This document shows, in pieces, positions 38,475 through 49,703 of a DNA stretch of 57,734 nucleotides; within the stretch, counting starts at the first letter, position 1, and every line of letters begins with the position of its first letter. The DNA comes from Proteromonas lacertae. Its lineage: Eukaryota. A program made the position numbers and the translations under genes. Location of the stretch: contig NGBS01001196.1 in assembly GCA_002245135.1 (NCBI GenBank), positions 1-57,734 on the forward strand. The letters run 5' to 3'. Under the pieces are notes generated by a model. It worked only from the letters and a program-made list of their open reading frames with translations. It searched no databases and was not told the DNA's origin.

Positions 38475-39608
38475 ATGAATAAAAGAGTTGTATGAGTAAA
38501 TGTCTAGATATTATTGTTTGTTCATTTATTTATTCCAATTTTACATATATTAAAAACAATAAAGTCAAATAATAGAAAATATACAATTGCTGATAAAAAG
38601 AACAACCCTAATAATACACTTCCAAAGTATTTTTCTATATATACTGAAAAACATAAAGAATGGGTAAAAGGTTTATTAAATAAAACAAAAAGTCGAAGTT
38701 TAGTGTATTATCAACATCCAAGTGGTGGAATGAGAAATAAATTACGAACTCTTGTAGGAGTAACATTTTTGGCAATGATGAGTGATAGAGCAATATTGTT
38801 ACAGAATTGGAATACTTTTGATTCATATTTCTCAACTCCACTTTCAACAATTCATGTTCCTAGTGTTATTAATAATGGTAGAAGATATTTTGATTATATA
38901 ACCTGTTTTAATGAAAATCAATTGAAAGAAATATCCACAATAAATGATGATCATTTGAAATTTTTAACATGCTGTGATTTGACTGAATCATTTATAAAAT
39001 ATGGAAATTTTGGAAATAAACTCAAGAATTCTGGATTAATAACTGAAAGATCAAAGAATATTATTGATAAACAAGCAACTGAAATAAGACATTTTTTATA
39101 TAAATTCTTCTTCAAACTATCAAAATTGGTCGAAAATGAAATAATGAAAATAACAAATAAATTCTCAAAGAATAAATTATTGATAGGATTTCATTTTAGA
39201 ACAAATCACAAAGGATGGAATGATAGAGGAGTGACATTTTTAAATAATCACCAAATAGAAGAAGCAATTCAAAATGCCACAAAAATATCAAAGAAATTGA
39301 AAAATGTAGAATGGTATATTTCAAGTGATGATAATGAGATATAAATGAAATATAAATCAAAATATCCTGAATATGTTGTTAATGATATTCATGAGAAAGT
39401 TCATTCCAGAGGATCTGCTTCAAGAGTAACAGATGGATTTATATATTCTGTTGTTGAAGCTCATATATTATCAGAATGTAAAATATTGTTTTTAACATCA
39501 TCTAGTTCATTTAGTGGAATTGCTTATTATAAATCTAAATTATCTATATATGAATTTTTAGATAAGAAAGAAATTATTTGTAAAGATTGTAGAATTATAT
39601 GGATGTAA
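38475..39608 (+). pseudogene. Fucosyltransferase-like gene (GT23/GT37/NodZ-type fold), copy 1, interrupted
   Basis: Motifs SGGMRNKLRTL, IGFHFRT, WYISSDD and EAHILSEC...SSSFS. In-frame stops near the N-terminus (TGA and TAG between 38493 and 38507) and TAA at 39342-39344. Confidence 0.72.
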
Positions 39609-39825
39609 TTAATGTTTATTATTTCATCATTCCAAAACAAATTTGTCCTTATAGAGTAGTGTGTGAAATAGTTGAAAATAATAATAAAAATTCAATAAGT
39701 AATATGTTGAATTACTGTCGACCTAAATATTGATGTGAATCTAGAACCATAACAAAGATGGTTATGATAAAGATTTTCAGTTTACAATTATTTATCTATT
39801 ATATTATACAAAACACAATTTTGCT

Positions 39826-40200
39826 ATGACATATTTCACAGGTCATAATGCTAGTAGTATAATTAAATCAGCTATAAAGGCTTTGAAAGACTATCCATTC
39901 TCATTAAGAAAAACAGCTGGTGTGGCAGTATATGCTAAAAAACATAGAAACAAAAACAAGATAATAGAATTAATAAATAATTACTTGAATGTTGATAAAT
40001 ATGGCTCAGCATTCAATAATCCATATCCAAAAGATAAAATTGATTTGCTTAAAAAATATAAATTTTGTATAGCAATAGAAAATTCAATTCATAGTGTTAA
40101 ATGGGGTAAAATACATTCAAATGAAATTGATGATTATTATGTAACAGAGAAATTGTTAGATTGTTTTAAAGCTGAGTTACCAAGGACAAGGATAGGATAG
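39826..40200 (+). pseudogene. GT10 alpha-1,3/4-fucosyltransferase C-terminal fragment
   Basis: VDKYG...KYKFCIAIENS...DYYVTEKLLDCFKA is the GT10 motif. It is cut off before the expected G.IPIY, and there is no intact N-terminus. Confidence 0.8.
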
Positions 40201-40618
40201 GAGGATATGGCTCCAAAAGGACTTCCTTTTAGTTACTCAAAATGTAAAAGAACTAAATTTATCATATATTTTTGTTTAAAAGAGAAAAAATAAAAATAAA
40301 AATGACAGAAGTTGTTCTTTTCTTGTTTTGAGAATTGTATTCCATTGAAATAATAATTATTATATTAAATTCAATAGACAAAAACTAATAATATGGTATT
40401 AACAATAGAACTGTTTAATATGTTCTATTCCTCATTTTCACTATCGCTTATGCCTATATCTAAATACACTTTATTTCAGGAATATACTTCAAAATAATCA
40501 AAAAGAAAAGCAATTCTTTATTTCTTGGGTTGACATATATTTCAGTTTGAATTTTCATTATAATTTATACAATTTTAAATAAGTAATTTCACTTTATTTC
40601 AATTTGTATTTTTTAATT

Positions 40619-41240
40619 TTGATTTTTATAAAGAAATATTCTTAAAATATATTTGGCTTGATTCTTTTCTCAGAATTTTCTGGAATATATTCTTATTTTC
40701 ACTTTTATTAATCCACACAATTATATATTCATCACATTCATACTCACATCATATTCACATTATCATATTATCATCATAAACAGCTTTTAAACTGTTCAAA
40801 AACAACTTATATACAATTTTTGAACACTATACTACAATAAACCATTAAACATTAGACTTCACTGTTTTATATCATCTTTCATTTTATGTAATTCTAATAT
40901 TATCTTTCACTCACTTTTACAAATTTATCAACTACTATCATATATTCTATACATATTTACATATTTCATCATCATCATCATCATCATCATCATCGAAATA
41001 CACATCATTTCACCATTATACTTTATAGTAATCACAAAAATAGCATTTCTTTGTTTATTGGGTTTGAATAATCATTAGGCTTGATGAAATTTTTAGAATT
41101 TTCTGATTTTCATCTATTGAATGAAAATAAGTGTATGTAGTTTTTGATGTATATAATAATAGAATGTTGGATGAAATGATATGAGCATGTAGAGACTGTT
41201 AGAAAGAAAGAATAGTGAGAGTGTGAGAAACCAATGAAAG
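40619..41240 (-). repeat. Dispersed subtelomeric repeat R, full copy 2 (inverted relative to copy 1)
   Basis: e.g. 40651 atttggcttgattcttttctcagaattttc is the reverse complement of ~38214-38243. Confidence 0.9.
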
Positions 41241-41478
41241 AGTTATATTATAAATACAACATAAACATAATTATTAACAATACTCAATATTCAAGTGATC
41301 TATTAAATAATTATCTTTTAAGTAGTGTATAAGAAGTAATGATTTATTTATAATGAAATCAAAAACTCAGGAAGATGGTGTATTTACCAGATGGAAAAAA
41401 CATAACAACTTATATACATGTGAATATTCATAAAGGTTATTATACAAAATAATTTATATAGTTTATCATAAAAGAATA

Positions 41479-42552
41479 CTATTTATACACATAGAAAGGA
41501 TAGTTCTTATTTATAAAATAATTGTATTCATTCTTTCGTTTTGTTTTTCTAGTGATTCTCCATCTTTCAAATCCATGAAGAATTATAGGAATTGTATTAT
41601 CTAAATTTCTTATCTTTTTATCATCTTTTGATATTTCATAACTACAGTAATGTGTATAATATTTATCGCATTCTAAATCAGTAAGAGTAAGAGTATATCC
41701 ATATCCTTGATAGTTTATATACACAGGATAGTTGAACTCAGGATGTGTATAATAGTAATATATTAATGCACCTTGATCATTGTGGCATGTCATGTTTAAT
41801 GATTTCAGCATAAATATAAACTGAGATACAAATAATGAAATTTCTTTTGAAGAACCAAATATTGTTCCACCGTTGATTACACTATCTTCAATAAGATATT
41901 TATCTACTTTAAAATCACTTACCCACAAATAATTTACACCACTATTTTTTATTTTTATTCTATCACTTTCCTTTGTAATGTATACACCTTTTTCATAATT
42001 CCACATCGAAGGATTCAACTGAAAGATAACATCTCTTCCATCACAGTAGTAAACATGTCTAAATTTATAATGATATAATTTCAACCATATATTAAGCAAA
42101 TAATATCGTAATGTGTTAAAATATTTACAATTTTTAGGAATATTATTGAGCAAAATTCTTTTAGGAATTGGATAATCAGGATTTATATGTGAATAAAAGG
42201 GATACATATCATTAATAAATATTTGTTTAATTATTAGAGAAGTAAAATTTAATTTTACTTCCCTATCAATAAATAAAACAATTATCCCTTTATATTCTAC
42301 TTTTTCTAAACATTTTACAAAACTGTAAATATACTCATATGAATATTTAGTAAAAGTTGTTACAATAGCCATTTTTAGTTGATCATTTTTTCTATTAATA
42401 TTATTATTATATTTGTAACTGTCATTTTTATGTATATATTTCATTCCTATTTTTGGTGTATATAATATTTCTTCTAACCTTATGTTATAATATATAAAAA
42501 TTAGAAGACATAGTATTACAAAACACAGAAATTTATATATATCATTAATCAT
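41479..42552 (-). CDS. Type II membrane GT-A glycosyltransferase (DxRDVxFQ family), paralog of 53208-54272
   Basis: N-terminal TM; RYYL, CDGRDVIFQLNP, INGGTIFGS, NDQGAL, PIILHG; intact intronless 357 aa. Confidence 0.78.
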   Translation of the reverse strand: MINDIYKFLCFVILCLLIFIYYNIRLEEILYTPKIGMKYIHKNDSYKYNNNINRKNDQLKMAIVTTFTKYSYEYIYSFVKCLEKVEYKGIIVLFIDREVKLNFTSLIIKQIFINDMYPFYSHINPDYPIPKRILLNNIPKNCKYFNTLRYYLLNIWLKLYHYKFRHVYYCDGRDVIFQLNPSMWNYEKGVYITKESDRIKIKNSGVNYLWVSDFKVDKYLIEDSVINGGTIFGSSKEISLFVSQFIFMLKSLNMTCHNDQGALIYYYYTHPEFNYPVYINYQGYGYTLTLTDLECDKYYTHYCSYEISKDDKKIRNLDNTIPIILHGFERWRITRKTKRKNEYNYFINKNYPFYVYK

Positions 42553-42614
42553 GTCTATTAATCAAAGAGCAATTAAATTAATACATATTCAAATATTATA
42601 TATATATATCTAAA

Positions 42615-43613
42615 CTATAAATATTTATTTCTATACATTTTTATAAGCTTTTCGCTTCTATCATATTGATGAATGATTAATGGCACACTTCCATCTTCAT
42701 TATGAATAGTACTATTTGTTATTTTTAGTTGCAATACTTCAGGTAAATCAAGCCCTGTTGTTAAAATAATACCTTTTTGGTTTTTGTTAATTATAAAACT
42801 GACATTTTTAAAATATCCAGTATAGTAAGCATAATTTAATGTACCTTGTTCTGCAGTGTTTTTGTATTTATCTTTTAAAAACTGACAAAACTGAAGAATA
42901 AATGATAAAAAATGATTAGTTGAACCAATTATTGTACCTGAGTTTAATATTTTATTATTAATAATACTTTTATAATTATGGTAATGAGTAAGCCAATTTA
43001 AATTACATTGGTTATCTTTTAAAAGAATTTTATTAGTTTTTGTTTCTTCTGTCAAATACAAACCATCTTCAAATTTCCATCTAAGAGGATTTGCTTGAAA
43101 TACTACATCTCTCACATCTAAACTCATTATAAAACTGTATCTTCCTCCATATACTAATAACCAACATAACATGATAGAAAAACGATATATATTCCATTTA
43201 TAGTTATATCTTCTTTTTTCAAGCATGCACCTTTCTATCATTGAAAAATTAATAGGAAACATGGTATTATGGATTGAATAATAAGGCCATTCATTTTCAA
43301 TGAATATAGGTTTTATAGTATATTCATTAAATCTGTCTTTCATTTGCTTAAAGTGAGAGTATGATGCTGCAATAACCAAATCACCTTTATATCCATTCTT
43401 TCTTAAAGACAATACAAACAAACTAATCAATTCCCAATTATAACCATATGCCAATCCCCAAACTAAAGGATTGAAGGATTTTGGATTTTTTAATGATGAT
43501 TTATTAAAAATATTATTACTTTTTATAATCTTTCTGTGAGTTTTAAAAAATTTGAAATAAAAAAATAAAAAAGCTATTATTATAATAAAAAAATAAATAA
43601 TTTTCTTACACAT
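42615..43613 (-). CDS. Type II membrane GT-A glycosyltransferase (DxRDVxFQ family)
   Basis: TM; FVLSLRKNGYKGDLV, LDVRDVVFQANP, LNSGTIIGS, EQGTLNY, IIHQYDR; intact 332 aa. Confidence 0.8.
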   Translation of the reverse strand: MCKKIIYFFIIIIAFLFFYFKFFKTHRKIIKSNNIFNKSSLKNPKSFNPLVWGLAYGYNWELISLFVLSLRKNGYKGDLVIAASYSHFKQMKDRFNEYTIKPIFIENEWPYYSIHNTMFPINFSMIERCMLEKRRYNYKWNIYRFSIMLCWLLVYGGRYSFIMSLDVRDVVFQANPLRWKFEDGLYLTEETKTNKILLKDNQCNLNWLTHYHNYKSIINNKILNSGTIIGSTNHFLSFILQFCQFLKDKYKNTAEQGTLNYAYYTGYFKNVSFIINKNQKGIILTTGLDLPEVLQLKITNSTIHNEDGSVPLIIHQYDRSEKLIKMYRNKYL

Positions 43614-44149
43614 TTAATATTGTTTAGAGGTAGATTACTTTTGAATATGTGCTAAATCAATTGAAAATGGATTTGTAGAGGGTTTTCGACTATTCTAAAT
43701 AGAAATTCTAACTAAAAAGATTCAAAAAATTACATATATTACCCTGCACATTACATGGAGAATCTTATCTCTTTTCGGGTACTTAACATTTGAGCACGTG
43801 CTAATTTTACATCTTTTCTCTCTTTTCATATACATAATAATCAACATCTACATAATTTTCAAACTTTATCATCTATACTACATATATTTATAAACATTTC
43901 TTTATTTATTGGATTGAAATGATTTAAGAATGTATATATTAGAGACTGTTAGATATAAATTGATGATGAATTATATGTGATTTAATTATTATCTAATCGT
44001 CATTATTAATAACATTAACAAATAAATAGATTAAGTAATATAGAATTATACTAATTATAAGTAATAATTTGCTAATAATTGTATATTATATAATAGATAG
44101 TTCTATATTGTTGAATAACAACATTTAAAAGACTTATTACAATTTAAGT

Positions 44150-45060
44150 AATTTCTTTTTGTTTGTTTGTGTAAATGAAGATATTTTAATAATTTCTTAG
44201 ACAAGGTGTTCGTAAACTGAAAAGATAAATTTTTGTCATCTAAATAAATAGGAATAGAATTCCATATATAATAACATTTATATGAATATAAACATTTATC
44301 CCCAACAATGTAACACAACTATCATAATTTTTGGTTGATAACAAACATAATTTTGGATCATCCTCTTAAGTAAAGTGAATCATGAATTACATAAATTTCA
44401 TCACAATGTTCTAATAAAAACTCTAAGTTATTTTGAAATTTTGAATTATTGCTTTTATCATTTAAATAATGTTCAATTAAATTATAATTAACTTTGGGTA
44501 TGATAGTAAATATATTAAAGCAAATACATGGCAATAATAGTTACTGTAGTTTGCTTTCATGTATTTGTTATTATTATTATATAGAATTACATATGCAACT
44601 AATATTATTGACTTAGAAATAAAGAAAAAATAAATAATTCTAACTTTATTATTTAATTTTCTAATTGGATTTTCATAAAATCTATTTATTATATAAGATG
44701 TGAATGATGTTGCAATGAAAATAACAGTAACATTATTCACTTCTATTAATAAAGAATTTATTTTTATAAAACACCAAATAATAACTTTCATAATCTTGAT
44801 CAAAAAGAAAAATATGATATGTGACGATGATTAATATTGATGTAATAGGAATAAATCATACTGATTATAATTATTGTAGATTAAACTATTGTATTTTAAT
44901 ATATTACTGATATATTAGAAAGAATTGATCTTCTATTGCTAAAGACCAAAAATGTAATACAATAGATACATCTTCACTTTGAGATAAATAATCAATAGAT
45001 AAATAAAAAAATTGATAAATTGAAACAGATAAAGATTTCTTATTAAAAACAACATCTTTT
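44150..45060 (-). pseudogene. Degraded AT3-SGNH (OafA/OatA-like) glycan O-acetyltransferase
   Basis: The minus strand at ~44905-45000 reads SIDYLSQSEDVSIVLHFWSLAIEDQFFLIYQ* (acyltransferase-3 HxWSLAxEEQFY motif). Further on come TSYIINRFYENPIRK (AT3 C-terminal SY..xE.P.R) and IPIYLDDKNLS (SGNH-type Y.D.xHLS remnant). Multiple stops and deletions. Confidence 0.68.
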
Positions 45061-45980
45061 TAACACTAACATTATTACTATGAACTCATCATTTTATATT
45101 TCTTTCGTTGATATCTTACACTCTTACTACTCTTTTCTTTCTAACAATTGTGAATATATTTTAAGAATATTTCTTTATAAATATTAGTATGAATTAATAC
45201 ATATTGAAATTAAGTGAAATAAAATAATTAGTAGGTAATTTTTTGTGTATTTCGATGATGATAATTTTGTGAAAAATTTTCAACATAAATTATTTTTAAT
45301 ATAATAATCAAATTAATAAATAAACATAACAATCGATTTTGTATTTGTATTTGTATAATTAATAATGTTTATTATAATTATAATATTACATTATTTTATA
45401 TGTTTTAATCTCAAACACTATTATTATTTTTTAAAAAAATGTAAAGCATAAAAATTTCACCTTCAAATTATTAATTATAACATGTAATTATTATGTTAAT
45501 TGTACTACTTGCTAATTAAAGTAAATATAAGAATGAAACTTTCTTTTGCTTGTAATTACTTCTGTATCAAATTAATTTAAGAAATAAAATAAAATGCAAA
45601 GAAATATAGCATTATTTTAAAAATTAAATTTAACATAAATTGTTGATCGAAATTCAATGCACTTTTCTAAAAATAGTGTAGAAATTATTTTAATTCATTT
45701 TAAAAATTGAGATAATTTCTTAAACAACATATTACTTGGATTAAAATGATGGAAAATTATTTTATATTACTTGGATTATATGCTTAACATATAAACTAGA
45801 AGAAATAATGAAATTGAATGATTTGAATGAATAATAATGTAATTTTTCAATTAAATCCTTTTCATTGGAATTATCACTGTGGAATATATTTATCTCATGA
45901 AAGTCAACGCTGTTTGTATAGAGATGCATTGAAATGTCAAAAATATTATTATTTGTGGATTGTTCCAATTAAATCAAACA

Positions 45981-46137
45981 TTTATTAATGCTGGACAAAT
46001 ATTTGGTTCTGCAAATGAAATGAAAGACTTTATGATTGAGAATCATTTTAAAGCACACCATGGAGGGTACTTAACATTTGAGCATGCGTTCAATCGATTG
46101 AACATGGGATTTATTGAGGGTTTTCGACTATTCTAAT
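45981..46137 (+). pseudogene. Chimeric glycosyltransferase fragment
   Basis: FINAGQIFGSANEMKDF resembles INGGTIFGSSKEI of the neighbouring GT-A family. It is fused to HHGGYLTFEHA...GFIEGFRLF*, pieces of which recur at 43645-43805. Confidence 0.5.
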
Positions 46138-46444
46138 TAAATATTATTATACATCTTTGTGTCTCTTAATTATAATAACAGTCTTAGCTTCATACATAAA
46201 TTAGATTTCGAATATTTCATAAACTAATAATTACAAAAAATTATATAAATTATGTATAGAGGGAATAAATGCTTTGTTTCTTCATTCAAAAACTATAAAT
46301 CTTTAATATAGTATAAGCTTTGGCTTAAATAAATTAAAATCTAGCTGAAACAAATGAAGTAATGCATTTTTACTAATTTATGTAATATTGATAGGTTACA
46401 AAAAATCTCAAGAAGTAGTAGTTAAAAAATATAAAGCGATAATT

Positions 46445-46645
46445 TTGTAAAAGTGAGTGAAAGGTAATATTAGAGTTATATAAAATGAAAGATGATATAA
46501 AAAGTGAAATCAAATGTTTAATGGTTTAATGTTGTATAGTGTTCAAAAATTGTATATATAAGTAGTATTGAACAGCTTAAAGCTGTACATTATGATAATG
46601 TGATAATATATATAATTGTGTGTAGTTATAAAAGTCAAGCCAAAT
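46445..46645 (+). repeat. Partial copy of repeat R upstream of fucosyltransferase copy 2
   Basis: ttgtaaaagtgagtgaaaggtaatattaga...tcaagccaaata matches 37971-38243 with internal deletions. Confidence 0.8.
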
Positions 46646-46719
46646 AACACAATTAAAAGTGTATATGACAAATTTACTTTAATAATGTGAAGATGTTGTT
46701 TTATTATTAAAATCCAGAA

Positions 46720-47741
46720 ATAGATTTATTCCAATTATACATTTATTAAAAACAATAAAATCAAATAATAAAAAATATACAAATGTTGCTAGAAATAACA
46801 ACCCTAATAATACACCTCCAAAGTATTTTTCTATATATACTGAAAAACATAAAGAATGGGTAAAAGGTTTATTAAATAAAACAAAAAGTCGAAGTTTAGT
46901 GTATTATCAACATCCAAGTGGTGGAATGAGAAATAAATTACGAACTCTTGTAGGAGTAACATTTTTGGCAATGATGAGTGATAGAGCAATATTGTTACAG
47001 AATTGGAATACTTTTGATTCATATTTCTCAACTCCACTTTCAACAATTCATGTTCCTAGTGTTATTAATAATGGTAGAAGATATTTTGATTATATAACCT
47101 GTTTTAATGAAAATCAATTGAAAGAAATATCCACAATAAATGATGATCATTTGAAATTTTTAACATGCTGTGATTTGACTGAATCATTTATAAAATATGG
47201 AAATTTTGGAAATAAACTCAAGAATTCTGGATTAATAACTGAAAGATCAAAGAATATTATTGATAAACAAGCAACTGAAATAAGACATTTTTTATATAAA
47301 TTCTTCTTCAAACTATCAAAATTGGTCGAAAATGAAATAATGAAAATAACAAATAAATTCTCAAAGAATAAATTATTGATAGGATTTCATTTTAGAACAA
47401 ATCACAAAGGATGGAATGATAGAGGAGTGACATTTTTAAATAATCACCAAATAGAAGAAGCAATTCAAAATGCCACAAAAATATCAAAGAAATTGAAAAA
47501 TGTAGAATGGTATATTTCAAGTGATGATAATGAGATATAAATGAAATATAAATCAAAATATCCTGAATATGTTGTTAATGATATTCATGAGAAAGTTCAT
47601 TCCAGAGGATCTGCTTCAAGAGTAACAGATGGATTTATATATTCTGTTGTTGAAGCTCATATATTATCAGAATGTAAAATATTGTTTTTAACACCATCTA
47701 GTTCATTTAGTGGAATTGCTCAACCAATTAACTATTTTTAA
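46720..47741 (+). pseudogene. Fucosyltransferase-like gene copy 2 (5' disrupted, 3' truncated)
   Basis: 46797-47720 is near-identical to 38601-39524 (924 bp), including the same in-frame TAA (47538-47540). Confidence 0.75.
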
Positions 47742-47819
47742 GTCTAATATCCCCTCAAAATATCATAGTATTTGTAATAATAGATTTACAAACATACCTC
47801 ATTACATATTGAAATAAAT

Positions 47820-48752
47820 TCACCAAACTAGAGAAAATTCTTCTTTCAAATAATCAAATCTTTCATCTTTAGGCAATGGAAGCAAATTTTCATCATATTC
47901 TACTACATCAAATTTAAATTTCCAAAAAATATTTAAATGATTCTTTATGGAGCGGATTATATAGTCTCTATCTGTATAGGGAGGTTTATTAAATTCTGTA
48001 TGGGCGAAACTGTATAATTTCTTTTGAATGGATGATATATTTTTATAGCAATATGAACAATGCGTTAAAGAAGGATATACAGGAATTGAATTAGTTTTCA
48101 TTAAAGTATATCTACTATCTCTCTTGTTCTGAATTTCTTTGTTACATTTTGATGCTTTTATTACTATTGCACCAGGCCAACTTTCTTTAAATCTATTTCT
48201 GTAATTATAATAGTACATATATCCACTTAGCATGTATAAATCATTTGGCGGGTTTTTGATGATATATTTCATAGCATTTGCTGTAGGAATCTCATCTAAA
48301 TCACTAATTATTACTATTGACTCATCACTAACATTTAACAATTTTATTGCATTTGGAATAACCATTCTTTGATAGTTTTCTCTACACCAAGGCTTAAGAC
48401 AATCATGAGGAAAAGTAAAATTATAAAATATTATTTTTTGTTTATATTTATCAATAAATGATTCAAATGGCGAAAATTTAATTATTAAAGGCAAATCAGA
48501 ATGTGTTTTATCTGCAGTTGCAATAACAAAATAATCAACAAACTCATTCATTCTAGATAGTCTAATACTTAACATAAGCGACTCCTGAAAATATGTAAAT
48601 GCATCAATTACTAATTTTCTTTTATTATTAAATTCTGTAGGTTTAAAAGATTTAGATTTACTATGTATAACAACTGACTGCTGATATTCTTCTAAGAAAA
48701 CCAACAATAATATAATTAAAAATGAAAATAATGATAAATGATTAAAATTCAT
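47820..48752 (-). CDS. GT17 beta-1,4-N-acetylglucosaminyltransferase (MGAT3-like)
   Basis: TM; IDAFTYFQE..ML.IRL, VDYFVI, WCRENYQR, IISDLDEIP, HCSYC, KLYSFAHTEFN. Confidence 0.88.
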   Translation of the reverse strand: MNFNHLSLFSFLIILLLVFLEEYQQSVVIHSKSKSFKPTEFNNKRKLVIDAFTYFQESLMLSIRLSRMNEFVDYFVIATADKTHSDLPLIIKFSPFESFIDKYKQKIIFYNFTFPHDCLKPWCRENYQRMVIPNAIKLLNVSDESIVIISDLDEIPTANAMKYIIKNPPNDLYMLSGYMYYYNYRNRFKESWPGAIVIKASKCNKEIQNKRDSRYTLMKTNSIPVYPSLTHCSYCYKNISSIQKKLYSFAHTEFNKPPYTDRDYIIRSIKNHLNIFWKFKFDVVEYDENLLPLPKDERFDYLKEEFSLVW

Positions 48753-48807
48753 ATTCTGTATTATTTAAAAATAATGTAAATTATTTCAATACAATGCTAT
48801 ATAATTA

Positions 48808-49203
48808 TGGTTAGAAGATTTTAAGTTAAGATAATATATTGAATATAGTTTAAAAGGAGATAAATATTCAGAATGCATAACAAATAGAAAGAAAAAAAAA
48901 CATGATAGTTTTTTATACGAATTATTATTAAATTTCTATTTCCACAAGTTTTTGCAATATGGAGGTAATTTTACCAATATTGTTATCGGTATTTTTAAAT
49001 AATATATTATGATGCATTATAGCCATTTATAATCTTGATATAATTGTGTGTCACAACAGGACTATATATTGGCTTGCATTAAAAATCATCAAAGCATTTT
49101 TAATATGAAAAGAATTGATTTAGTTGATTATGATAAATTGTAAATTCCATTACCAACTTATATAAAGAAGAATTTTCTTAAAGAAGAATTTGGTGTAGTT
49201 TAA
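48808..49203 (+). pseudogene. Degenerate head-to-head GT17 paralog
   Basis: 49051-49203 reads SQQDYILACIKNHQSIFNMKRIDLVDYDKL*IPLPTYIKKNFLKEEFGVV*, aligning with DRDYIIRSIKNHLNIFWKFKFDVVEYDENLLPLPKDERFDYLKEEFSLVW of the adjacent gene. Confidence 0.65.
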
Positions 49204-49236
49204 CTATATCGTTTATTAACTTACATAAATGAGAAA

Positions 49237-49550
49237 TGAATATTATATTAGTTTTCTTGTTAATTTTGTTTTAATTTGTTTTCAATAACCGAAAATTAAA
49301 AGAGATAAAATAACTAAGTTCTATTTAAATGTAATATATATAACAAAAATGAATAACTTGTCATGCAAATGTAAAAGGATAGGTTATTGGGGAGGGTTTT
49401 GCTTGAATATAGAAAATATACAAGTTGGAGGTAATTTTGCATTAGATAGAGGTCTTGCAAAAGAAATTTCAAATATGTTCCATGATAAATCAATTATTGA
49501 TTTAGGGTGTGGATTAGGACAATAATGTTCATTCTTATATAGTAACAAAT
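49237..49550 (+). pseudogene. SAM-dependent methyltransferase relic
   Basis: GYWGGFCL...GGNFALDRGLAKEISNMFHDKSIIDLGCGLGQ* (motif I DLGCGxG) with in-frame stops; truncated. Confidence 0.68.
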
Positions 49551-49703
49551 TCTACATAAAGCATTTATATTTAGCTTTACCAATTCATGTTAATAACAAA
49601 AAGAGAGAATGAAAAGTGTAAGTATAATATACAAAAGAATTATAAATAATCTACTTCACCAATAATGTTTACGTATGTTATCTTTGTCTAATTCATTTAT
49701 AAT

